A DNA stretch of 64,000 bases. Source: an uncultured Christensenella sp. GTDB taxonomy: Bacteria; Bacillota; Clostridia; Christensenellales; CAG-138. Made by a program: the position numbers and the translations under genes. The DNA lies in the NCBI GenBank assembly GCA_964426415.1, contig CAYRQM010000001.1, positions 66,803 to 130,802 of the forward strand, written 5' to 3'. Below the pieces are notes generated by a model. That model did no database searches and was not told the DNA's origin. It saw nothing but the letters and a program-made list of their open reading frames with translations. Positions within the stretch are counted from its first letter, which is position 1, and each line of letters starts with the position of its first letter. Positions 19,640 through 28,180 of this stretch are shown piece by piece.

Positions 19640-21082
19640 ATGGAAGTACGAACCAGATTTGCGCCGTCGCCCACGGGCTATATGCACTTGGGCAACCTGC
19701 GCAGCGCTTTATACACCTACCTGTTTGCCAAGAGCAAGGGCGGCAAGTTTATTTTGCGCATCGAGGACACCGACCAATCCCGCTATGTAGAGGGCGCGGT
19801 CGAGGTGGTCTACCGCACGCTGAGAAGCATCGGGCTGCAATGGGACGAAGGCCCCGACGTGGGCGGCGATTACGGCCCCTACATCCAAAGTCAGCGCAAG
19901 GGGATGTACCTGCCGTACGCCGAGCAGCTTGTGCAGGAGGGCAAGGCATACTACTGCTTCTGCACCGAGGACGAGCTGCAAGCCCGCCGCGAGGCGGCTG
20001 CGGCACGCGGCGAAACCTTCAAATACGACAAGCATTGCCTGCACCTTTCCAACGAGGAAATCCAACGCCGCTTGGACGCGGGCGACCCATACGTCATTCG
20101 GCAAAACGTGCCCGAACACGGCGAAGCGTCGTTTGACGACGTGCTGTACGGGCATATCACGGTGGGCTGCGCCGACTTGGACGACATGATTCTCATCAAG
20201 GCGGACGGCATGCCCACCTACAACTTTGCCAACGTCGTCGACGACCACACCATGGGCATCACCCACGTCATGCGCGGCAACGAATACCTGTCCAGCACGC
20301 CCAAGTACAACCTGCTGTACGAGGCGTTCGGCTGGGAAAAGCCCACCTACATCCACATGACGCAAATCATGCGCGACGCGCAGCACAAGCTGTCCAAGCG
20401 CGACGGCGACGCCTACTTCGAAGATTTCGTTGCGAAGGGCTATCTCAAAGAAGCCATCGTCAACTATGTGGCGCTGCTGGGCTGGAATCCGGGCGACGAG
20501 CGCGAGTTCTTTACGCTGGACGAGCTGAAAGACGCATTCTCCATCGAGGGAATGAGCCGTTCTCCTGCCATCTTCGACATCAACAAGCTCACTTGGATGA
20601 ACGCCGAATATGTGCGCAGGCTTTCGCCCGAAGCGTTTACGGCGTACGCCATGCCCTACTATGCAAAGGCAGGCGTCGACACGACCCACACGGACGTGCT
20701 GTGCCGCATCCTGCAGCCGCGGGTCGAGATTTTCTCGCAGATTCCCGACATGATTGACTTTCTTGCGGTGCTGCCCGACTACGACGTCGAACTGTTCACC
20801 AACAAAAAGTCCAAGACGGATCCCCTGGTGGCAAAGCACGTTTTGACCGTTGCCATCGACGCGCTGGATCGTCTGCCCGCATGGGAGGAAACCGCCATTC
20901 ACGAAACGCTGTTGGGGCTTGCCGCCGCGGAGAACCTCAAAAACGGCACCATGCTGTGGCCCGTGCGCATCGCCATGGCGGGCAAGCAGGTGACGCCGGG
21001 CGGCGCCATCGAAATCGCCGTGCTGCTGGGACGTGACGAGACCATGCGCAGACTGCGGCTTGGTCTTCAAAAATTGAGCTAA
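19640..21082 (+). CDS. gltX: glutamyl-tRNA synthetase
   Basis: VRTRFAPSPTGYMHLGNLRSALY (HIGH region), KLSKRDG (KMSKS). GGAGG RBS. 11 nt after glnS. Confidence 0.95.
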   Translation: MEVRTRFAPSPTGYMHLGNLRSALYTYLFAKSKGGKFILRIEDTDQSRYVEGAVEVVYRTLRSIGLQWDEGPDVGGDYGPYIQSQRKGMYLPYAEQLVQEGKAYYCFCTEDELQARREAAAARGETFKYDKHCLHLSNEEIQRRLDAGDPYVIRQNVPEHGEASFDDVLYGHITVGCADLDDMILIKADGMPTYNFANVVDDHTMGITHVMRGNEYLSSTPKYNLLYEAFGWEKPTYIHMTQIMRDAQHKLSKRDGDAYFEDFVAKGYLKEAIVNYVALLGWNPGDEREFFTLDELKDAFSIEGMSRSPAIFDINKLTWMNAEYVRRLSPEAFTAYAMPYYAKAGVDTTHTDVLCRILQPRVEIFSQIPDMIDFLAVLPDYDVELFTNKKSKTDPLVAKHVLTVAIDALDRLPAWEETAIHETLLGLAAAENLKNGTMLWPVRIAMAGKQVTPGGAIEIAVLLGRDETMRRLRLGLQKLS

Positions 21083-21094
21083 GGAGGCATTCTT

Positions 21095-22186
21095 ATGAAA
21101 TTAGGCGTCATCGGACTGCCGAACGTGGGCAAAAGCACCCTGTTCAACGCCATCACCCAAGCGGGCGCGCAAGCGGCGAACTACCCGTTCTGCACCATCG
21201 AGCCCAACGTGGGCGTCGTTGCCGTCCCCGACCATCGGCTGGACGTGCTGGCAAATATGTATCATCCCGAAAAGTATACGCCCGCCGTCATCGAATTTGT
21301 AGATATCGCCGGGCTGGTGCGCGGCGCATCCCGCGGCGAAGGCCTTGGAAACAAATTCCTGTCCCACATCCGCGAGGTGGACGCCGTGGTACACGTCGTG
21401 CGCTGCTTCGACGACGACAACATCGTCCATGTGGACGGCAGCGTCAATCCTGCCCGCGACGTGGAAACCATCGATTTTGAGCTGATTTTCGCCGACATGG
21501 AAACGGTCGAAAAGCGCATGGACCGCCTCCAAAAAATGTCCAAGAACGGCGACAAAAAGCTGCTTTTCGAAATCGAGCTTTGCAAGCGCGTGTACGCCCA
21601 TCTCGAATCGGGCAAGCCCGTCCGCACGTTCGAAGCCGACAAAGAAGAATGGGAGCTGATTCGCGGAATGTTCCTGCTCACATCCAAGCCCGTCATCTAT
21701 GTGGCGAACATTTCCGAGAATGAGCTGGGCGAAGCGCCCAACGGATACGTCACGGCGCTGTACGCCATCGCCAACGCCGAGCACGCCGAAGCGCTCACCG
21801 TGTGCGCACGGCTTGAGGAGGAGATCGCCGAGCTGGAGCCCGACGAGAAAAAGGCGTTCTTAGAGGAAATGGGCGTGCAGGAATCCGGCTTGGATCAGCT
21901 TGTCAAGGCGTGCTATCGCCTGTTGGGGCTGATCAGCTTTCTCACCGCAGGGCCTAAGGAAGTCCGTGCGTGGACGATCACACGCGGCACCAAGGCGCCG
22001 CAGGCGGCAGGCAAGATTCACACCGATTTCGAGCGCGGCTTCATCCGCGCCGCCGTCGTCCCCTACGAAACCTTGGCGGCAAGCGGCTCGCTGGCTGCCT
22101 GCAAGGAAAAGGGCTTCGTTCACTCCGAGGGCAAGGAGTACGTCATGCAGGACGGCGACGTGGTCGAATTCTTCTTCAACGTGTAA
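21095..22186 (+). CDS. ychF: redox-regulated ATPase YchF (Obg-like)
   Basis: [14 protein letters not shown]-loop, FVDIAGLV, coiled-coil insert, C-terminal TGS-like domain ending [11 protein letters not shown]. Confidence 0.95.
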   Translation: MKLGVIGLPNVGKSTLFNAITQAGAQAANYPFCTIEPNVGVVAVPDHRLDVLANMYHPEKYTPAVIEFVDIAGLVRGASRGEGLGNKFLSHIREVDAVVHVVRCFDDDNIVHVDGSVNPARDVETIDFELIFADMETVEKRMDRLQKMSKNGDKKLLFEIELCKRVYAHLESGKPVRTFEADKEEWELIRGMFLLTSKPVIYVANISENELGEAPNGYVTALYAIANAEHAEALTVCARLEEEIAELEPDEKKAFLEEMGVQESGLDQLVKACYRLLGLISFLTAGPKEVRAWTITRGTKAPQAAGKIHTDFERGFIRAAVVPYETLAASGSLAACKEKGFVHSEGKEYVMQDGDVVEFFFNV

Positions 22187-22351
22187 CCAAGCATTAAATT
22201 GCGGGATGGCGTGCGCCGCCCCGCTTTTTCTTTGCCAAAAATTGGGCGACCGTGCAGCCAGCAAAGTGGGCAAAATAATCCTACCAAAATGGTTGACATT
22301 CGAAGAACGCCGTGGTAGAATCAATCCGAAGTAAATCGGTAGGATATTGAA

Positions 22352-22801
22352 ATGAAGTTGTCAACGAAGGGCAGATACGGGCTAAAGGCGGTGGTCGAGT
22401 TGGCGGTACGCCATGCGGACGGCCCCGTTTCGCTGTCTTTGCTGGCGACGGAGCAGGGCGTATCCGAGGCGTATTTGGAACAGCTCATGCGAAGCCTCAA
22501 GGCAGCCGAGCTGGTGTCGTCCACCCGCGGAAAGACGGGCGGATACACGCTCTCGCGGGCGGCGGACACGATTTCGGTGGGCGAGGTGCTCAACGCCTTA
22601 GAGGGCTCCACGGCGATTGCGGATTGCGTGACGGCGGACGGCGGCCCGTGCAGCAACGCCTGCACCTGCTCGGCGCGGCCGTTGTTTCTCAAGCTGCAAA
22701 ACCGCATCGACGCCGTGCTGAACGAGACGACCATTCAAGATTTGACCGACGATCACATCGAACAAAAAAGAAGGATTACCCATGCACAGAATTTATCTTG
22801 A
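22352..22801 (+). CDS. Rrf2-family transcriptional regulator (IscR/CymR-like)
   Basis: MKLSTKGRYGLKAVVELA N-terminus and wHTH. Cys cluster C..C.....C (CVTADGGPCSNACTC). Directly upstream of and overlapping nifS. Confidence 0.9.
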   Translation: MKLSTKGRYGLKAVVELAVRHADGPVSLSLLATEQGVSEAYLEQLMRSLKAAELVSSTRGKTGGYTLSRAADTISVGEVLNALEGSTAIADCVTADGGPCSNACTCSARPLFLKLQNRIDAVLNETTIQDLTDDHIEQKRRITHAQNLS

Positions 22802-23960
22802 CAATGCGGCGACCACCATGGTGCTTCCCGAAGTGCTGGCAGCCATGACGCCCTATTACACCCAATATTACGGCAATCCCAGCAGCCCGCACAGCTTTGC
22901 GCGGGATGCATACAAGGGGCTGGACGAGTCTCGCGCCACGGTTGCCAAGTGCCTGAATGCGGCGTCGCCTGCCGAAATCATCTTTACGGGCGGCGGCAGC
23001 GAAGGCGACAACATGATATTGCGCGGCGTGGCGCACGCCTATCGCAAGAAGGGCAACCACATCATCACCACGGCGGTCGAGCATCACGCGGTGCTGCACA
23101 CGCTGCAGGCGATGGAACAAGAAGGCTTGGTCACCGTGACGTACCTGCCCGTGGACGCGGACGGCTTGGTCACGGCGGAGCAGGTGCAGGACGCCATCCG
23201 CGACGACACCATTTTGGTTTCGGTCATGTTTGCCAACAACGAAGTGGGCACCATCATGCCGATTGCGGAAATCGGCGCGATCTGCCGCGCACGCGGCGTG
23301 CTGTTCCACACCGACGCGGTGCAGGCGGTGGGGCACGTTCCCGTGGACGTGCAAGCCATGCAGATCGACCTGCTGACGCTGACGGCGCACAAATTCCACG
23401 GCCCCAAGGGCGTCGGCGCCATCTATGTGCGCAAGGGCGTGCGCGTGCCCGCGCTCATCTTGGGCGGCGGACAAGAGAACCACAAGCGTGCAGGCACCGA
23501 AAACGTACCGGGCATTGTGGGGCTTGCCACGGCGCTGCAATATCAAATCGACCACATGACGGAGAACACCGCCAAGATGCTGCGCCTGCGCGACAAGCTG
23601 ATGCAGGGCATCGAAGCGACCATTCCGTACATCAAGCGCAACGGGCATCGCACGAAGCGCCTGCCCAACAACGTCAATTACAGCATCCGCTTCATCGAGG
23701 GTGAAAGCATCCTGCTGATGCTGGATCTGGACGGCATTGCGGCTTCCAGCGGCTCTGCCTGCACTTCGGGCTCGCTTGACCCGTCTCATGTGCTTTTGGC
23801 GATGGGGCTAAAGCACGAAACGGCGCACGGCTCGCTGCGCATGACGCTGTCCGAGTTTACCACCGACGAAGAAATCGACTATGTTCTGGACGTACTGCCC
23901 GGCATCGCAAAGCGGCTGCGCGAGATGTCGCCGCTGTATCATGAAGGAGGAAACGACTGA
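22782..23960 (+). CDS. nifS: cysteine desulfurase NifS/IscS type
   Basis: IYLDNAATT, PLP-Lys context LLTLTAHKFHGPKG, active-site loop SSGSACTSG. Confidence 0.94.
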   Translation: MHRIYLDNAATTMVLPEVLAAMTPYYTQYYGNPSSPHSFARDAYKGLDESRATVAKCLNAASPAEIIFTGGGSEGDNMILRGVAHAYRKKGNHIITTAVEHHAVLHTLQAMEQEGLVTVTYLPVDADGLVTAEQVQDAIRDDTILVSVMFANNEVGTIMPIAEIGAICRARGVLFHTDAVQAVGHVPVDVQAMQIDLLTLTAHKFHGPKGVGAIYVRKGVRVPALILGGGQENHKRAGTENVPGIVGLATALQYQIDHMTENTAKMLRLRDKLMQGIEATIPYIKRNGHRTKRLPNNVNYSIRFIEGESILLMLDLDGIAASSGSACTSGSLDPSHVLLAMGLKHETAHGSLRMTLSEFTTDEEIDYVLDVLPGIAKRLREMSPLYHEGGND

Positions 23961-24358
23961 TGTATTCCGAAAAAGTATTGGATCATTTTCAACACCCGCG
24001 CAACGTAGGCGAGATTCCCGACGCCGACGGAATGGGCATGGTGGGCAACGCCAAGTGCGGCGACATCATGCAGATGTTCATTAAGGTCAACGACGACGAC
24101 GTGATCGAGGACGTCAAGTTCAAGACGTTCGGCTGCGGCGCCGCCGTCGCCACCAGCTCCATGGCAACCGAGATGATCAAGGGCAAGCGTGTGGACGAAG
24201 CGCTGCAGCTGACCAACGAAGCGGTGGTCGAGGCGCTGGAAGGGCTGCCGCCCGTCAAAATCCACTGCTCCGTGTTGGCGGAGGAGGCGGTACGCGCCGC
24301 CATCGACGATTATCAAGCAAAAAAACAAAAAAAGGCAGAATCTGCACCGCAAGCATAA
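23960..24358 (+). CDS. nifU: Fe-S cluster assembly scaffold NifU/IscU
   Basis: YSEKVLDHFQHPRN, GNAKCGD, FGCGAA, IHCSVLAEEA. These are the three conserved Cys of IscU. Confidence 0.94.
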   Translation: MYSEKVLDHFQHPRNVGEIPDADGMGMVGNAKCGDIMQMFIKVNDDDVIEDVKFKTFGCGAAVATSSMATEMIKGKRVDEALQLTNEAVVEALEGLPPVKIHCSVLAEEAVRAAIDDYQAKKQKKAESAPQA

Positions 24359-24409
24359 CCGAACTTCGCCTGCGCATACTAAATCCAGCAAGCAGAAAGA
24401 GGTGAATGT

Positions 24410-24553
24410 ATGCGAATGGCAATGCTCGGCGTTGGGATGGTCGTGGGCGCGGCGGCAGCAGCCGCGGCGGTCTGCACGATGTATCCCGACATTCCCCGCC
24501 GCGTGAAGCGCGACGGAAAACGGATGATCAAGAGAACCAAACAAATGTTCTGA
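24410..24553 (+). CDS. 47-aa single-TM membrane peptide with basic tail (below ORF-track cutoff)
   Basis: AGAAAGAGGTGA RBS then ATG at 24410. Translation: MRMAMLGVGMVVGAAAAAAAVCTMYPDIPRRVKRDGKRMIKRTKQMF. The TGA stop is immediately followed by a strong terminator. Confidence 0.5.
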   Translation: MRMAMLGVGMVVGAAAAAAAVCTMYPDIPRRVKRDGKRMIKRTKQMF

Positions 24554-24555
24554 AA

Positions 24556-24577
24556 GAGCCTTCGGGCTCTTTTTTTC
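24556..24577 (+). terminator. intrinsic terminator closing the Rrf2-nifS-nifU-small ORF unit
   Basis: AGAGCC-TTCG-GGCTCT followed by TTTTTTT. Confidence 0.75.
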
Positions 24578-24615
24578 ATCAAAAAACGGGCGACCGAAGC
24601 CGCCCGTGGAAAACG

Positions 24616-25827
24616 CTATACGGTGACGGCGGTCTGCCCGTCGCGGTGCAGGTCGCGCCCCAGTGCGTAGGCATAGACGTCGGTGGAAAACGCATCGATG
24701 GACAGGGAACGCCGCGCAAGCTCGGTGCAGTTGTTGACGTCCGCGTGGCGCAAAATGACGGGCACGCGGGCGCTGCTTGCCATCGCGGAAAGGAGTCCGC
24801 GACCGATGCGGGTCATGGCAAGGATGTGCAGGTAGAGGTTTTTGGGGTCTTGGCGCAGCTTGTCGGGCAGATCGGCGGTGACGCCCAGCAGCGCACTGAT
24901 GAGGATGCGCTTGCAGCGCGCCATGGTAAAGCGCTTGGTCTTCATCTCGGCAAGGAGGGTGTTGACGTCCGTCGTTTCCAATACGGCGCGGGCAAGCACC
25001 TGCTCGAAGCCCTCGGTCACATCGGGCAGCGCTTCCAAATCGTAGTAGGGCATGGAACGCAGCCGATACAGGATCATTTGCGAGAAGCAGTCCAGCGTGA
25101 CGGGGAATTGGGAATCGAATCGCGCCGCGCCGCTGACGTACAGCGGCAGGCAGTCGTACACGGCGTCGTCGCCCTCGGACAGCGCCTTTCGGATGGCGGT
25201 TGCGCTGGAGAGCGTCCCCGAAAGCTGCGTATCGCGGTATTGATTGCCAACGCGGCGAATGGGCAGCGGGCGGATTTCTGGTGCGAAGCGGCGAATGCTT
25301 TTGAGGTATTCCACCGCCAGAATGTTGTTGGGCTGTTCCAAAAGCGCCAGCTCGTTAGACGGAATGCCAAGGTCTTGCAGCGTGTCGTACTGGGCGCGCG
25401 GATAGGACTTGCCCTGCTTGAGGTGGTAGGTGAGGATGACGCGGAAGTTGGCAGGCTCCCGATCCAAAAGATCGGCGATGTGGTACAGCGCGTTCAGGTC
25501 GTCCGTTTCGACGCCGAACGCCAAATCGGTCACCACGCCCGTCGCCGCCAGCGTTTTGACGGCGCCCTCGGCAAATCGTTCCGCGCTTGCCACCGCCAAT
25601 GCCGAAGGAATTTCGACGACCATATCGACGCCTGCCCGCACCGCCCACTCTGCGCGGGTGTATTTGTCGGTGCAGGCGGGTTCGCCCCGCTGTACGAAAT
25701 TGCCCGACATGGCGACGATGCAAAACGATGCGCCCGCCTGTCGCTTGGCTTCTTCCATGTGGTAGATGTGTCCGTTGTGCAACGGATTGTACTCGGCTAC
25801 GATCCCGACGACACGCATTGCGTTCAC
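24616..25827 (-). CDS. tmcAL: tRNA(Met) cytidine acetate ligase TmcAL (YlbM/UPF0348 nucleotidyltransferase)
   Basis: VVGIVAEYNPLHNGHIYHMEEAK (HxGH nucleotidyltransferase motif), AMSGNFVQRGEP. 403 aa, as for the YlbM family. Confidence 0.82.
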   Translation of the reverse strand: MNAMRVVGIVAEYNPLHNGHIYHMEEAKRQAGASFCIVAMSGNFVQRGEPACTDKYTRAEWAVRAGVDMVVEIPSALAVASAERFAEGAVKTLAATGVVTDLAFGVETDDLNALYHIADLLDREPANFRVILTYHLKQGKSYPRAQYDTLQDLGIPSNELALLEQPNNILAVEYLKSIRRFAPEIRPLPIRRVGNQYRDTQLSGTLSSATAIRKALSEGDDAVYDCLPLYVSGAARFDSQFPVTLDCFSQMILYRLRSMPYYDLEALPDVTEGFEQVLARAVLETTDVNTLLAEMKTKRFTMARCKRILISALLGVTADLPDKLRQDPKNLYLHILAMTRIGRGLLSAMASSARVPVILRHADVNNCTELARRSLSIDAFSTDVYAYALGRDLHRDGQTAVTV

Positions 25828-25925
25828 CCTTTCGAAAAAAGTCGAATTTATTTCTCCTTGAGTATACCATTTTTCCTCTCAATATGGTAGAATAATTTAT
25901 AAACTTATTTTGGAGGCATATGGTC

Positions 25926-26924
25926 ATGTCATTGATGCAAACGATCAAGGCAAAGGCGAAGGCAGACAAGAAGCATATTCTGTTGCCCGAAGGCATGGAA
26001 GAACGCACGGTGCAGGCTGCGGCACGCATCGCACAGGAGGGCATCGCACAGGTTACGCTGTTTGGCAAGGCGGACGCCATCCAAGCGATCGCGCAAAAGT
26101 ACAACGTATCGCTTGACGGCGTGGACACCATCGATCCCGTAAATCATCCCGATTATGCGCGGTACTGCGACTGGTTCTACGAAATGCGCAAGGCAAAGGG
26201 CGTCACGCCCGAAAAGGCAGCGGAAACCATCCTGAACCCGCTGTTCTTTGCCGCCATGATGATCAAAGACAAAAAGGCGGACGGATTCGTCAGCGGCGCC
26301 ATCAACACCACGGGCAACACGCTGCGTCCCGGTCTGCAAATCATCAAAATGAAGCCGGGCATCCAAACCGTTTCCAGCTTCTTCGTGATGGAGCTGCCCA
26401 ACAAGCAATACGGCGACGATGGGCTGATGGTCTTTGCCGACTGTGCGGTCAACATCGACCCAACGGCAGAGCAGCTTGGGGAGATCGCCATTTCCTCGGC
26501 GGCGAGCGCCAAGACGCTGTGCGGCATGGACGCCCGCATCGCCATGCTGTCGTTCTCCACCAAGGGCAGCGCCAAGCATGAAAATGTCGACAAGGTCGTC
26601 GAAGCCACGCGGCTGGTGCACGAGCGTGCGCCCGAGCTCAATGTAGACGGCGAGCTGCAGGCGGATGCGGCGCTGGTGCCTTCCGTCGGGCAGCTCAAGA
26701 GCCCCGGCAGCCCCGTGGCGGGCAAGGCCAACGTCCTCATCTTCCCCGACTTGCAGGCGGGCAACATCGGCTACAAGCTGGTGCAGCGGCTTGCGGGGGC
26801 AGACGCCATCGGCCCCATCTGTCAAGGCTTTGCGGCGCCGATCAACGACCTCAGCCGCGGCTGCTCCGTAGAAGATATCGTCTCCGTCGTGGCGATCACG
26901 GCGGTACAGGCACAAGCGCAATAA
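25926..26924 (+). CDS. pta: phosphate acetyltransferase
   Basis: [62 protein letters not shown]. The ATG at 25926 has better GGAGG spacing than the in-frame ATG at 25920. Confidence 0.93.
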   Translation: MSLMQTIKAKAKADKKHILLPEGMEERTVQAAARIAQEGIAQVTLFGKADAIQAIAQKYNVSLDGVDTIDPVNHPDYARYCDWFYEMRKAKGVTPEKAAETILNPLFFAAMMIKDKKADGFVSGAINTTGNTLRPGLQIIKMKPGIQTVSSFFVMELPNKQYGDDGLMVFADCAVNIDPTAEQLGEIAISSAASAKTLCGMDARIAMLSFSTKGSAKHENVDKVVEATRLVHERAPELNVDGELQADAALVPSVGQLKSPGSPVAGKANVLIFPDLQAGNIGYKLVQRLAGADAIGPICQGFAAPINDLSRGCSVEDIVSVVAITAVQAQAQ

Positions 26925-26937
26925 GAAAGGAACCGAC

Positions 26938-28140
26938 ATGAAAACCATTCTCGTCATCAACGCAGGAAGCTCCTCCCTCAAGTACCAGCTCATCGACATC
27001 GACACCGAAACCGTCCTTGCAAAGGGTCTTTGCGAACGCATCGGCATCGACGGTAGATTGACCTATCAGCCCACGGGCGGGCAAAAGCTGGTGCGCGACG
27101 CCGCCATGAAGACGCACCAAGACGCCATCGAAATGGTGTTGGATGTGCTGTCCGACCCGAAAATCGGCGTCATCAAGGATATGTCCTCCATCGCAGCGGT
27201 GGGGCATCGCGTGCTGCACGGCGGGCCGCGCTTTACCGCGTCCGCCCTCATCACCGACGAGGTCATCGAGGCAATCCAAGAATGCATCCCGCTGGGGCCG
27301 CTGCACAATCCGGCGAACCTGATGGGCATCAACGCTTGCCGCGCCGCCATGCCGAACACGCCCATGGTGGCGGTATTCGACACCGCATGGGGCATGAGCA
27401 TGCCCGAGAAGTCCTTCATGTACGCACTGCCCTACGATTCTTACGAGAAATACGCCGTGCGCCGCTACGGGTTCCACGGCACCTCCCACATGTATGTCAC
27501 GGGCGAAGCCATCAAGCGGCTCGGCAGAGTGGGCGATCCCAACGTGCGCGTCATCACCTGCCACTTGGGCAACGGCTCCTCCGTCAGCTGCTCCAAGGGC
27601 GGCAAATGTCTCGACACCTCCATGGGCTTGACGCCGCTCGAAGGGCTGCCCATGGGCACGCGCTGCGGCAGCATCGACCCTGCCATCGTCCGCTATCTGA
27701 TGGACAAAATGCATCTGACCGTCGATGAGATGGACACCCTCATGAACAAGAAAAGCGGCATGCTCGGCATTTCGGGCGTTTCCAGCGATTTCCGCGATCT
27801 GTGGGCGGCACGCAACAGCGGCAACGAACGCGCAGCGCTGGCGCTGGACATGTTCGCACAGGGCGTCAAGCACTTCATCGGTGCGTATGCCGCCGAGATG
27901 GACGGTGTGGACTGCATCGTTTTGACGGCGGGCGTGGGCGAGAACGACAACGCCACCCGTGCGCTCATCATGGAGGGGATGGACTTCTTGGGCGTGGATT
28001 TCGACTTCGAACTGAACCGCACCTGCCCCCGCGGCGAAGAGGTTGTCCTGTCCAAGCCTACGAGCAAGGTCACCGTCATGGTGCTGCCCACCAACGAAGA
28101 GCTTGCCATTGCGCGGGACACCGCAGCAATCGCGCTGTAA
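26938..28140 (+). CDS. ackA: acetate kinase
   Basis: ILVINAGSSSLKYQL, GHRVLHGG, YGFHGTSH, ITCHLGNGSS, TAGVGEN. Confidence 0.96.
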   Translation: MKTILVINAGSSSLKYQLIDIDTETVLAKGLCERIGIDGRLTYQPTGGQKLVRDAAMKTHQDAIEMVLDVLSDPKIGVIKDMSSIAAVGHRVLHGGPRFTASALITDEVIEAIQECIPLGPLHNPANLMGINACRAAMPNTPMVAVFDTAWGMSMPEKSFMYALPYDSYEKYAVRRYGFHGTSHMYVTGEAIKRLGRVGDPNVRVITCHLGNGSSVSCSKGGKCLDTSMGLTPLEGLPMGTRCGSIDPAIVRYLMDKMHLTVDEMDTLMNKKSGMLGISGVSSDFRDLWAARNSGNERAALALDMFAQGVKHFIGAYAAEMDGVDCIVLTAGVGENDNATRALIMEGMDFLGVDFDFELNRTCPRGEEVVLSKPTSKVTVMVLPTNEELAIARDTAAIAL

Positions 28141-28150
28141 AAAACACTTG

Positions 28151-28178
28151 GGGGGCTTGGCGAAAGCGAGCCCCTTTT
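28151..28178 (+). terminator. hairpin plus T-run after ackA, abutting the recJ start
   Basis: GGGGCT-11 nt-AGCCCC then TTTTCT. The ATG of recJ follows directly. Confidence 0.5.
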
Positions 28179-28180
28179 CT

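Noticed and set aside
24406-25890. 494-aa plus-strand ORF starting 4 nt before the small membrane ORF.
   Set aside because: It is antisense to tmcAL, Arg/Gly-rich, and reads through the strong terminator at 24556-24577. The ATG at 24410 in another frame gives a coherent TM peptide that stops at the terminator.
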